Below, piece by piece: positions 1-7,740 of a DNA stretch of 37,307 nucleotides. This DNA is from Roseomonas sp. (lineage in GTDB: Bacteria > Pseudomonadota > Alphaproteobacteria > Acetobacterales > Acetobacteraceae): contig JBIKWX010000001.1 in assembly GCA_044356095.1 (NCBI GenBank), forward strand, positions 1 to 37,307, written 5' to 3'. Each line of letters starts with the position of its first letter. The stretch's first letter is position 1. The position numbers and the translations under genes are program-made. The notes under the pieces were generated by a model. It worked only from the letters and a program-made list of their open reading frames with translations, was not told the origin of the DNA and did not search any database.

Positions 1-596
1 CTGGAAAAACTCTCACGCAAGGTCGCTTCCGAATAGGTATCGCGCAGCCAATCCAGGAAGGGAACCTCGGGGCTTTCACGCTGGAAGGCAGCGAAGCTTT
101 TGAAAAAAGCGTCCAGAATGCCCGTGCGCGCCGCCGCAACATGGCCATGGCGGAGCGAAAGCTGGGCCAAAGCCTCCTGCACCGGGCGGCCTTGCAGCAA
201 AAGCCAGATGCCGGCCGCAAGCCCGGTGCGGTCAGCGCCGGATTTGCAATGGATCAGCGCCGGTTCTTCCATATCCTGGAAAATGCCCGCAAGCCTTAGA
301 ATACGGTCCTTATGCGGCGCGCCGCGGCTTTCGAAAGGGGCGTCTATATGCGCGAGGCCAAGCCGCGCCGCTTCGGCCCGGCTGAGTGCATCGGCGCCGC
401 AATCGGCGCGGTTGCCGCGCAGATTGATGATGGTGCGAATGCCATGATGCCGCGCTGCCTGGCGCATTTGCCAGGGCAGCGGGTGGTTGGATCGGTAAAG
501 CCGCCCAGGGGCCACCACGCCCCAATTGCGCCAACCAAGGCGCAGGATGGCGTGGTCTATAAAAAGCGCATTGCCCCAGATGGCGGTAGGCGTCAC
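1..596 (-). CDS. Protein-tyrosine/dual-specificity phosphatase family protein (3' end runs off the window)
   Basis: Missing from the ORF track; my translation from GTG at 596 gives MTPTAIWGNALFIDHAILRLGWRNWGVVAPGRLYRSNHP... with the P-loop ALIHCKSGADRTG (HCx5R) near 222-260. Starts 6 nt after the Bug gene stop. Confidence 0.85.
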   Translation of the reverse strand, partial: MTPTAIWGNALFIDHAILRLGWRNWGVVAPGRLYRSNHPLPWQMRQAARHHGIRTIINLRGNRADCGADALSRAEAARLGLAHIDAPFESRGAPHKDRILRLAGIFQDMEEPALIHCKSGADRTGLAAGIWLLLQGRPVQEALAQLSLRHGHVAAARTGILDAFFKSFAAFQRESPEVPFLDWLRDTYSEATLRESFS

Positions 597-602
597 GCGC
601 TG

Positions 603-1574
603 CTATTCCAGCCGTGCGCCGGAAATCCTCACCGCTTCCTGCCACATGGGGCGTTCACGCTGCGCGCGGGCGATCATGTCTTCCGGGGTGGACCACACGG
701 CCTCGGCCCCCACGCGCAGGAAGCGTTCCTTCACGGCAGGGTCGGCGACAATGCGCCGCAGCGCGCCATTCACGCGTTCAATCGCGATGCGCGGCGTGCC
801 GGCGGGGAATACAAAGCCCTGCCAGGAGGAGACAACGAAATTCGGCACCCCTGCTTCTGCCATGGTGGGTACATCCGGCATGGTCGGCCAGCGCGCGGCC
901 GAGGTGACCGCCAAGGCACGCATGCGGCCTTCCTGAATGACCGGAATGTAGGAAGCAAGGTTATCCAGCGCCGAGTCGAGATCGCCCGATAGCATGGCGG
1001 GGATGATCTGTGCTGCACCGCGGAAGGGCACATGCGTGCCTTCCACTTGCACGCGCGCGGCGAAAAGCGCGCCAGTCAAATGCGGGGTTGTGCCAACGCC
1101 CGGCGATCCGTAGCTGAAGCCGCCACGCTTGGCGCGTATCCAGGCAATGAATTCGGCGAGGCTGCGCGATGGATTATGCTGCGCGGGCACCACGACAACA
1201 TTCGGCAAATCCCAAGCGATGCCGACCGGCACCAAATCCCGCGCCGGGTCATAGGGCAGGCGCGCATAGATGAAGTTATTGATGACCATATGGCCGACCG
1301 AGGCGATGCCCATGGTATAACCATCGGGCGTCGCCTTGGCGGTGGCGTCAATGCCAATATTTCCACCCGCGCCAGCGCGGTTTTCGATGATGAAATTCTG
1401 CCCAAGGATCGGCTGCATCAATTCTGCATAGATGCGCACCAGGACATCGGTGGACCCGCCCGGCGGCCAGGGTACGATGATCCGCACCGGGCGCGCGGGC
1501 CATTCGCCCTGGGCGCGCGCGATGGAAGGCGTGGCGAGCAAGGCGGCGGCCAGCAAGGGGCGGCGACTAATCAT
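603..1574 (-). CDS. Bug/TctC tripartite tricarboxylate transporter substrate-binding protein
   Basis: WPARPVRIIVPWPPGGSTD, ENRAGAGGNIG, PDGYT and HVPFRG motifs; signal peptide from MISRRPLL (ATG 1574, GGAGA upstream). Confidence 0.93.
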   Translation of the reverse strand: MISRRPLLAAALLATPSIARAQGEWPARPVRIIVPWPPGGSTDVLVRIYAELMQPILGQNFIIENRAGAGGNIGIDATAKATPDGYTMGIASVGHMVINNFIYARLPYDPARDLVPVGIAWDLPNVVVVPAQHNPSRSLAEFIAWIRAKRGGFSYGSPGVGTTPHLTGALFAARVQVEGTHVPFRGAAQIIPAMLSGDLDSALDNLASYIPVIQEGRMRALAVTSAARWPTMPDVPTMAEAGVPNFVVSSWQGFVFPAGTPRIAIERVNGALRRIVADPAVKERFLRVGAEAVWSTPEDMIARAQRERPMWQEAVRISGARLE

Positions 1575-1737
1575 GGGTCTTTCTCCGACTTTCATGGTGA
1601 GAAGCATATAAAGAGCCCGCCAGCGCCTTGCCAAGCGCTGCGGCTTTGCATTGGACAGGTGCCGCGAATGCGTCAATAATCCTGTCCAAGCGGGGATGCG
1701 GGCAATGCCGACACGGGGCAGTACGAATATTGCGGAA

Positions 1738-2259
1738 ATGGCCGAGGCACGCGCCCTGCCGGCTGGCCGCAATTTGCTGTTCCTGCGCGAAGAAGAACTC
1801 CGCCTTGCCCAGGATTTACTGTTCTTTGGCTATCGCGATTTCACTGCCGGGGCGGATGAAATCCTTGCCACGCTGGATATGGGCCGCGCGCATCATCGCG
1901 TGCTGCATTTTGTTGGGCGCCGGCCTGGCATTACCGTGGGCGAATTGCTGGGGATTCTGGGCATCACCAAGCAAAGCCTGGGGCGCGTGCTGCAACCGCT
2001 GATGAGCGATGGCTATGTGGTGCAGGCACCGGGCGAAAGTGACCGGCGGCAAAGGCGCCTGACACTGACCGAAAAAGGTGTCGCTTTGGAACGGCAGCTA
2101 TTCGAACGCCAGCGAGAGACCGTTATGCGCGCCTATCGTGAAGCTGGCCCGGCTGCGGTGGAAGGCTTTCGGCGCGTCATGCGCGGGATGATGGGGGAAG
2201 ACGCGCAAGCGAGCCTCGCGCGCTTGGAAGGGCCAGAGGCTGAGGGCAGCAGGCGATGA
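1738..2259 (+). CDS. MarR family transcriptional regulator (PetP-like)
   Basis: LLFFGYRDFT...GRAHHRVLHFV...ITKQSLGRVL...DRRQRRLTLT winged helix; start uncertain (1696/1705/1738); ATGA overlap with the next gene. Confidence 0.88.
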   Translation: MAEARALPAGRNLLFLREEELRLAQDLLFFGYRDFTAGADEILATLDMGRAHHRVLHFVGRRPGITVGELLGILGITKQSLGRVLQPLMSDGYVVQAPGESDRRQRRLTLTEKGVALERQLFERQRETVMRAYREAGPAAVEGFRRVMRGMMGEDAQASLARLEGPEAEGSRR

Positions 2260-2963
2260 ACGGCCAGGAAGATCCCGCCCATATTCTGGTGGTGGATGAT
2301 GATGCGCGGCTGCGCGCGCTATTGCAGCGCTTTCTGACCGAACAGGGCTTTCGTGTCAGCACCACAGAAAACGCCGCCGCCGCGCGCGCGGCGCTGGCGG
2401 ATATGGCGTTTGATCTGCTGGTTTTGGATGTGATGATGCCCGGTGAGACAGGGTTGGAATTGACCGCCGCCTTGCGTGCCGAAGGGCAGGAAGTGCCGAT
2501 CCTGATGCTGACTGCGCGCGGTGCGCCGGATGATCGCATCGCAGGGCTTGAACAGGGCGTGGATGATTATCTGGCCAAGCCTTTCGATCCGCGTGAATTG
2601 GCGTTGCGCATTCGCACGATTTTGCGCCGCGCCGCGCCCGCCCCCGCCGCACCGCATAGCCTGGCGCCGATGCAGATCGGCAATCGCTGGTTTGATATTG
2701 AACGCGCGGAATTGCGCGGCCCGGATGGCATTATTCGCCTGACAGGTGGTGAGGCTGCGCTGCTGCAAGCCCTCGCGCGCCGTGCCGGTGATATTTTGAG
2801 CCGTGAGGATATTGGTGAAGCGCTCGGCACGCCTGATGCCGGCGAACGCGCCATTGATGTGCAAGTGACCAGGCTGCGGCGCAAGGTGGAACCGGACCCG
2901 CGTGAGCCGCGCTTCATCCAGACCATTCGCCATCGTGGTTATGTCTTGAGGCCAGGGCCGTGA
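2256..2963 (+). CDS. OmpR family response regulator (PetR/OmpR-like)
   Basis: Receiver domain ILVVDDD, LDVMMPG, MLTA, KPF; C-terminal RAIDVQVTRLRRKVE...IQTIRHRGY. Confidence 0.95.
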   Translation: MNGQEDPAHILVVDDDARLRALLQRFLTEQGFRVSTTENAAAARAALADMAFDLLVLDVMMPGETGLELTAALRAEGQEVPILMLTARGAPDDRIAGLEQGVDDYLAKPFDPRELALRIRTILRRAAPAPAAPHSLAPMQIGNRWFDIERAELRGPDGIIRLTGGEAALLQALARRAGDILSREDIGEALGTPDAGERAIDVQVTRLRRKVEPDPREPRFIQTIRHRGYVLRPGP

Positions 2964-4297
2964 CTCCGCTTGACCGGGGCTTGCGCCGGCTGGTGCCGCG
3001 CGGGCTTTTGGGTCGTTCGCTGCTGATCATTCTGGTGCCGCTCCTGATCCTGCAAGCGATTGCCTTGCAGCTATTCTATGGCAGCCATTTGGATGTGATT
3101 TCCCGCCGCCTGGCGGCGGGTGTTGCAGGCGATATCGCGATGGTGGTCGGTCTGCTGGAACGCGAAACGCAAGCCGAGGATCGCAGTTGGATTTTTCGCG
3201 AAGCTGCGTGGCGGCTTGATTTGTCTCTTGCCCATGAAGCGGGGGCACGGCTTGCGGTGACGGGGGCGCGCCCAGCTGCCATGCCCTGGCTGCCATTGGA
3301 AGAAGATTTGGCCACCGCGATGCAGGAACGCGTGCGCCTGCCTTTTGATGCCGATTGGCAAAGCGATCCGCGCAGCGTGATCATTCGCGTGCAAATGCCC
3401 GATGGAGTTTTGCATGTGGAAGTCGCGCGCAAGCGGCTGTTCAGCGGCACGATTTATCTTTTTGTCATTTGGCTGGTCGGGTCATCGCTGCTGCTGTTTC
3501 TGGTGGCGGCGATTTTCATGCGCAACCAGGTACGCGCATTGCGCAAGATTTCCGCCGCTGCTGAGGCTTTCGGCATGGGCCGCACGGCGGGGCCGATGAA
3601 GCCGGAAGGCGCCGCCGAAGTACGGCAGGCCGCCATCGCCTTCAACCGGATGGAAGAACGCATCAGCCGCTTTGTGGATAGCCGGACAGAAATGCTGGCG
3701 GGCATCAGCCATGATTTGCGCACGCCACTCACGCGGCTACGGCTTGGCCTTGCCATGCTGCCGGAAGCCGCGCGCGACGATGCCGCGGCCATGACGGAAG
3801 ATGTAGAGGAAATGGATCGGCTGATTGGCGATTACCTTGCCTTTGCACGTGGCGAAGGGGTGGAACAGGCGGAAGAAACTGATCTGGCCGCACTGATCCG
3901 CGATGTTGCGGCACGCCAATCGCGTGGGGGCACCAAGATTCCCGTTCACGGCCCGGATGCCTTGCGCATTGAGTTACGCGCGGGGGCGATGCGACGTTGC
4001 TTGGGCAATTTATTGGATAATGCACGCAAGCATGCGAGGCGTGTGGGTGTGACGCTCACGCAGCAGAAGCGCGGCGAAAGGGGCATCTGGGCCGAGATTG
4101 TGATTGATGATGATGGACCAGGTATTCCGGCAGCATCGCGCGAGGATGCCTTAAAGCCATTTACCACGCTCGCTGGCGGCAGCACGGGCCTTGGGCTTGC
4201 CATCGCGCGCGATATTGCCCGCGCGCATGGCGGTGATGTGTTTCTGGAAGATAGCCCCATGGGCGGCTTGCGGGCGCGGATCAGGGTACCGGGCTAG
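2960..4297 (+). CDS. EnvZ-like sensor histidine kinase
   Basis: Two TM segments, HAMP, H-box ISHDLRTPLTR, N-box NLLDNA, DDDGPGI, GLGL; GTGA overlap with the regulator. Confidence 0.93.
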   Translation: MTPLDRGLRRLVPRGLLGRSLLIILVPLLILQAIALQLFYGSHLDVISRRLAAGVAGDIAMVVGLLERETQAEDRSWIFREAAWRLDLSLAHEAGARLAVTGARPAAMPWLPLEEDLATAMQERVRLPFDADWQSDPRSVIIRVQMPDGVLHVEVARKRLFSGTIYLFVIWLVGSSLLLFLVAAIFMRNQVRALRKISAAAEAFGMGRTAGPMKPEGAAEVRQAAIAFNRMEERISRFVDSRTEMLAGISHDLRTPLTRLRLGLAMLPEAARDDAAAMTEDVEEMDRLIGDYLAFARGEGVEQAEETDLAALIRDVAARQSRGGTKIPVHGPDALRIELRAGAMRRCLGNLLDNARKHARRVGVTLTQQKRGERGIWAEIVIDDDGPGIPAASREDALKPFTTLAGGSTGLGLAIARDIARAHGGDVFLEDSPMGGLRARIRVPG

Positions 4298-4309
4298 GGT
4301 TTGGTTGAC

Positions 4310-4585
4310 CTAGCCGATCGAATATTGCCTTGCCTGATCGCCCGACGTCACCAGAACGCGTGTCAAGCCAATCACCTGGCCGAGGTTACCCGCAATCAAC
4401 GCGGCCATGCCGGGTTCAAGGGCGTGGCAGGTGATGATGATTTCCATCTCCTCAACCCTTTGGCGGGCTTGGAACAATTCGGGCGTCACATCCCGCTTGG
4501 CGAAGGGCTGCAGCAGCCGCAGCAGCAGGCCGGGGCTGGGTTCGGCGCGCAGATCAAAGCGCGTGGTCAAAGGGCTCGATAGCAT
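4310..4585 (-). CDS. Small stand-alone ACT-like domain protein
   Basis: 91 aa; RFDLRAEPSPGLLLRLLQPFAKRDVTP...GNLGQVIGLTRV resembles the ACT beta-alpha-beta-beta-alpha-beta pattern; convergent with the kinase. Confidence 0.65.
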   Translation of the reverse strand: MLSSPLTTRFDLRAEPSPGLLLRLLQPFAKRDVTPELFQARQRVEEMEIIITCHALEPGMAALIAGNLGQVIGLTRVLVTSGDQARQYSIG

Positions 4586-4663
4586 GGCTTGGGTCCGGTT
4601 CAGGGTGGCGGGGCAATGCTGGGGCGGCCACCAGATGGGCGCGCAGGCCCCAAGCCCGGCGCC

Positions 4664-4711
4664 TCAGGCGGCCGCGGCGGTAATTCGGAAAGAAAGCACC
4701 TTCGGAACCAT
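4664..4711 (-). CDS. Putative leader peptide MVPKVLSFRITAAAA (15 aa)
   Basis: ATG at 4711 to TGA at 4664, four terminal Ala codons; 78 nt upstream of the ACT-like gene; TTGCCT-N16-TAATCA ends 6 nt before the ATG. Confidence 0.5.
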   Translation of the reverse strand: MVPKVLSFRITAAAA

Positions 4712-4743
4712 GCGCTATGATTAGCACATCCAGCGCCCAAGGC

Positions 4744-4780
4744 AAAAAAATACGGCGCGGCTGGGGGGTTCCGCGCCGTA
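4744..4780 (-). terminator. Rho-independent terminator
   Basis: TACGGCGCGG (4751-4760) / CCGCGCCGTA (4771-4780) perfect inverted repeat, with A7 at 4744-4750 giving a U7 tail on the minus strand. Confidence 0.85.
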
Positions 4781-4840
4781 AGAGTCTCACGTCTAAGGAG
4801 GAGAAGCTATCAAACGGGGCGGAAAATCGCGCCGCCCGCC
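4744..4840 (-). ncRNA. Putative trans-acting sRNA with anti-SD seed (suhB/MmgR-like architecture)
   Basis: 5' hairpin GGGCGG/CCGCCC, single-stranded CUUCUCCUCCUUAGAC, then a perfect 10-bp terminator stem and U7. 5' end approximate. Confidence 0.6.
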
Positions 4841-4873
4841 CGATTCTTGTGGCGCGAAAATGCCAAGCCGCTA

Positions 4874-4887
4874 TTGATCTGGGTCAA
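4874..4887. promoter_or_regulatory. FNR/FixK-type binding site
   Basis: TTGAT-CTGG-GTCAA, 9/10 match to TTGAT-N4-ATCAA, between the divergent sRNA candidate and phaB. Confidence 0.65.
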
Positions 4888-4954
4888 GTACCCTGAAACG
4901 GTTGGCTGCCATGGGGCAGCAAGCCCGTCACATAGAATTGAGGAGAGAGTTTTC

Positions 4955-5677
4955 ATGGCGCGTGTTGCACTTGTCACCGGTGGCCAAAGAGGCATTGGCG
5001 CTGCGATCAGCGAAGCGCTGCAAGCGGCTGGCCGGACCGTGGTGGCTTCCTATGCCGGCAATGATGCCGCGGCGAAGGCGTTTACCGATCGCACCGGCAT
5101 TCCCTGCTATAAATTCGATGTCGCCGATTACGCGCAATGCGCGGATGCCATCGCCAAGATCGAAGCCGAAGTGGGGCCGATTGACATTCTGGTGAATAAT
5201 GCCGGCATCACGCGCGATGCCACCATGCGCAAGCTGAACCGCGACATGTGGGATTCGGTGATCGATACAAACCTTGGTTCCTGCTACAATCTTTGCAAGC
5301 TGGTCTGGGAAGGCATGAATGCGCGCAAGTTTGGCCGCATTGTGAATATCGGGTCGGTGAATGGTCAGGCCGGGCAATATGGCCAGGTGAATTACGCGGC
5401 TGCCAAATCCGGCATCCATGGCTTCACCAAGGCGCTGGCGCAGGAAGGGGCGAAGCTTGGCATTACCGTGAATGCGGTCGCGCCTGGTTATGTGGACACC
5501 GAAATGGTGCGCGCCGTGCCGCCCGATGTGCTGGAAAAGATCATTGCGCGCATCCCGCGTGGCCGCCTTGGCAAGGCCGAGGATATCGCCCGCGGCGTGG
5601 TCTTCCTGACCGCCGAGGATGCGGATTTCATCACCGGATCCACGCTGTCCATCAATGGTGGCCAGCATATGTATTGA
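4955..5677 (+). CDS. phaB: Acetoacetyl-CoA reductase
   Basis: SDR motifs TGGQRGIG and NNAGITRD; NGQAGQYGQVNYAAAKSG and STLSINGGQHMY are typical of PhaB/PhbB; SD GAGGAG at 4940. Confidence 0.93.
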   Translation: MARVALVTGGQRGIGAAISEALQAAGRTVVASYAGNDAAAKAFTDRTGIPCYKFDVADYAQCADAIAKIEAEVGPIDILVNNAGITRDATMRKLNRDMWDSVIDTNLGSCYNLCKLVWEGMNARKFGRIVNIGSVNGQAGQYGQVNYAAAKSGIHGFTKALAQEGAKLGITVNAVAPGYVDTEMVRAVPPDVLEKIIARIPRGRLGKAEDIARGVVFLTAEDADFITGSTLSINGGQHMY

Positions 5678-5756
5678 TCGGTTGGGGGCGGATGTGCCCC
5701 CCCTTTCATAAGCCTCCGCCCATGGCATGCTGCCCTTCCAATGAAGGGGAAATGCC

Positions 5757-6398
5757 ATGGGCTACGCCATACTTGCTTTCGATGGTGCCGATAAAACCCG
5801 CCGTGCCGCGGCGATGGACCGCCACCGCGCGGTGATCAGCCGCTGGGCTGAAGATGGGCGGATGCGCTTCGGCACGCCGCTTTTCACCGCCGAATGGGTG
5901 CCTTCCGGATCGCTCATGATCCTGGATGTGCCGGATATGGCGGGCGTCAACGCCTATCTCGCGGAAGAACCTTTCTCGGTGGAAGGCGTTTGGGGCAATG
6001 TGCGTATCCTGCCCTTCCGCATCGCGCCCTTGCCCTATCAACGCCTGCCCAAGCCGGGCGACCCGGTGGCCAGCACCCGCACCCATACGGTTGCCATCGC
6101 CTATGATGGCACGGATGCGGAAGCCCCCGCCCGCCGCCAGGCAGCGCGGGGGGCGCATATCGCGCGCATGCAGCCCATGGCGGCTGATGGCACGCTCGCG
6201 GTTGGTGGCGCCATTCTGGATGAGGCCGAGAGCCGCATGATCGGTTCCATCACCGTCACGCGCCATGCGAGTGATGACGCGGCGCGCACCTGGATGGCTG
6301 AAGACCCGTACGTGAAGGGCGGCGTCTGGCAGGACATCACCCTGCATGCCACGCGTCTGGCCGCGCTGCCCTATCGCCCCTTGCCCGGCGGTGCCTGA
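5757..6398 (+). CDS. Tandem two-domain YciI family protein
   Basis: Two repeats each with R-x4/5-H, GS(L/I) and (E/D)P(F/Y)..GVW. Confidence 0.8.
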   Translation: MGYAILAFDGADKTRRAAAMDRHRAVISRWAEDGRMRFGTPLFTAEWVPSGSLMILDVPDMAGVNAYLAEEPFSVEGVWGNVRILPFRIAPLPYQRLPKPGDPVASTRTHTVAIAYDGTDAEAPARRQAARGAHIARMQPMAADGTLAVGGAILDEAESRMIGSITVTRHASDDAARTWMAEDPYVKGGVWQDITLHATRLAALPYRPLPGGA

Positions 6399-6778
6399 TG
6401 GCGCTGCTTGAATATGCCGATGCCGTGCCCGAGGTGCGCGCGGTATTCGATGACATCAAGGCGACGCGCGGCGTGGCAGATGTCAATAATTTCTGGAAGG
6501 CCTTGGCGGTGCATCCGCCAACGCTCAAGCGCACCTGGGAAAGCCTGAAGCAGGTGATGGCGCCAGGCGCGCTCGACCCGCTGACCAAGGAAATGCTCTA
6601 TCTCGCGGCCTCAGCGGCGGCGGGGTGTGCCTATTGCACGGCTTCCCACACGGCAGCAGCGCGCGCCAAAGGCATGACGGAGGCGATGCATGGCGAATTG
6701 CTCGCCGTGCTTGGCATGGCGGCGGAGACGAACCGTTTGGCGGAGGCGCTGCGCGTTCCCATTGATCAGGGTTTGTGA
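6398..6778 (+). CDS. Carboxymuconolactone decarboxylase/AhpD-like protein
   Basis: LDPLTKEMLYLAAS...GCAYCTASH (CxxC..H); TGATG coupling to the YciI gene. Confidence 0.9.
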   Translation: MALLEYADAVPEVRAVFDDIKATRGVADVNNFWKALAVHPPTLKRTWESLKQVMAPGALDPLTKEMLYLAASAAAGCAYCTASHTAAARAKGMTEAMHGELLAVLGMAAETNRLAEALRVPIDQGL

Positions 6779-6786
6779 GCGGTCAT

Positions 6787-6817
6787 AAAAAAACCCCGAG
6801 GTTTCCCCCGGGGTTTT
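6787..6817 (-). terminator. Rho-independent terminator, probably bidirectional
   Basis: Minus strand reads AAAACCCCGGGG-GAAA-CCTCGGGGTTTTTTT; sits between convergent genes. Confidence 0.88.
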
Positions 6818-6839
6818 CGTTCAGGCCGAAAGGCGCTGA

Positions 6840-7622
6840 TCAATCACTGTTGCGCTGGCCCATGAAGGACAGCAGCAGCTGGAACAGGTTGACGAAGTTC
6901 AGATAGAGCGCCAGCGCATCCATCACGCTCCGCTTACCCGCTTCATCCGTGCCTTCCGCATAGGCGAATTGGACGTACTCCGCCTTGATGCGCTGCGTGT
7001 CATAGGCCGTGAGGCCAACGAACACGACCACACCGATCACGCTGATCGCAAAGGCAAGCGCCGGGGAGGCCAGGAAGATATTGACCAGACCCGCAATCAT
7101 GATGCCGATCAGGCCCATGATCATGAAGCTGCCAAAGCGCGTCAGATCCGCCTTTGTGGTGTAGCCGTAAAGGCTGACCGCCGCGAACATGGAAGCGGTG
7201 ATGAAGAAGGTGCTGGCAATGGATTGGCCCGTATAGCGCAGGAAGATGTTCGACAGGCTCGCCCCCATACAGGCAGCGAAAACCCAGAACAGCGCCTGCG
7301 TCGCGGGGCGCGAGAGCTTATTGATGCCAAAGGACAGCACTAGGATGAAGGCGAGCGGCGAGAGCATCGCAACCCAGCCCAGAATAGTCGGGGAGACGAC
7401 GCGCGCGCCATTGGCCGCGCGGCTCACCGACCAGAACATTTGTTGCAGCTCAGGCGAAGAGGCGATCACATAGGCAACAATGCCAGTGACCAGAAGGCCG
7501 GACGCCATCCAGTTGTAGACGCGGAGCATATATGCCCGCAGCCCGGCATCAATCGCGGCCGCATCGGCTGCGACGGGGCGACCCCAGCCGGTGGTGAAAC
7601 GCGTGTCGGGACCAAAGGCCAT
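6840..7622 (-). CDS. Bax inhibitor-1/YccA family membrane protein
   Basis: IDAGLRAYMLRVYNWMA, YGYTTKADL, GLTAYDTQRIK, ALALYLNFVNLF; about 7 TM; AGGAG upstream of ATG 7622. Confidence 0.93.
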   Translation of the reverse strand: MAFGPDTRFTTGWGRPVAADAAAIDAGLRAYMLRVYNWMASGLLVTGIVAYVIASSPELQQMFWSVSRAANGARVVSPTILGWVAMLSPLAFILVLSFGINKLSRPATQALFWVFAACMGASLSNIFLRYTGQSIASTFFITASMFAAVSLYGYTTKADLTRFGSFMIMGLIGIMIAGLVNIFLASPALAFAISVIGVVVFVGLTAYDTQRIKAEYVQFAYAEGTDEAGKRSVMDALALYLNFVNLFQLLLSFMGQRNSD

Positions 7623-7665
7623 GACGACAAGAACTCCTGTTGATGGGGAGGATTCCCCGTTACCA

Positions 7666-7697
7666 CATAATATGGATATTTCGTAATCCAGATCAAT
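7666..7697 (-). promoter_or_regulatory. Candidate promoter of the BI-1/YccA gene (RpoH-like or sigma70)
   Basis: Minus strand ATTGATC-N14-TCCATATTAT in an AT-rich patch; resembles the alphaproteobacterial RpoH CTTG...CCYATAT pattern. Confidence 0.35.
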
Positions 7698-7702
7698 AGG
7701 GG

Positions 7703-7733
7703 GGGCGCCCGCCGGCAAAACCAGCGGGCGCCC
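7703..7733 (-). terminator. GC-rich hairpin after the lipoprotein gene (no U tail)
   Basis: GGGCGCCCGCTGG / CCGGCGGGCGCCC stem just after the stop at 7741. Confidence 0.45.
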
Positions 7734-7740
7734 GGCCTGA

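Noticed and set aside
4796-4803. AGGAGGAG as RBS of a plus-strand small ORF or of an extended phaB (ORF from 4847)
   Set aside because: No start codon at a suitable distance; phaB has its own SD at 4940 and homology begins at 4955.
4905-4920. PhaR operator upstream of phaB
   Set aside because: CTGC and GCAG are spaced by 6 nt rather than the 3-4 nt I recall for PhaR sites; kept only as a remark.
5683-5708. Terminator after phaB (GGGGGC-N6-GCCCCC)
   Set aside because: Short stem and poor U tract; plausible but too weak to list.
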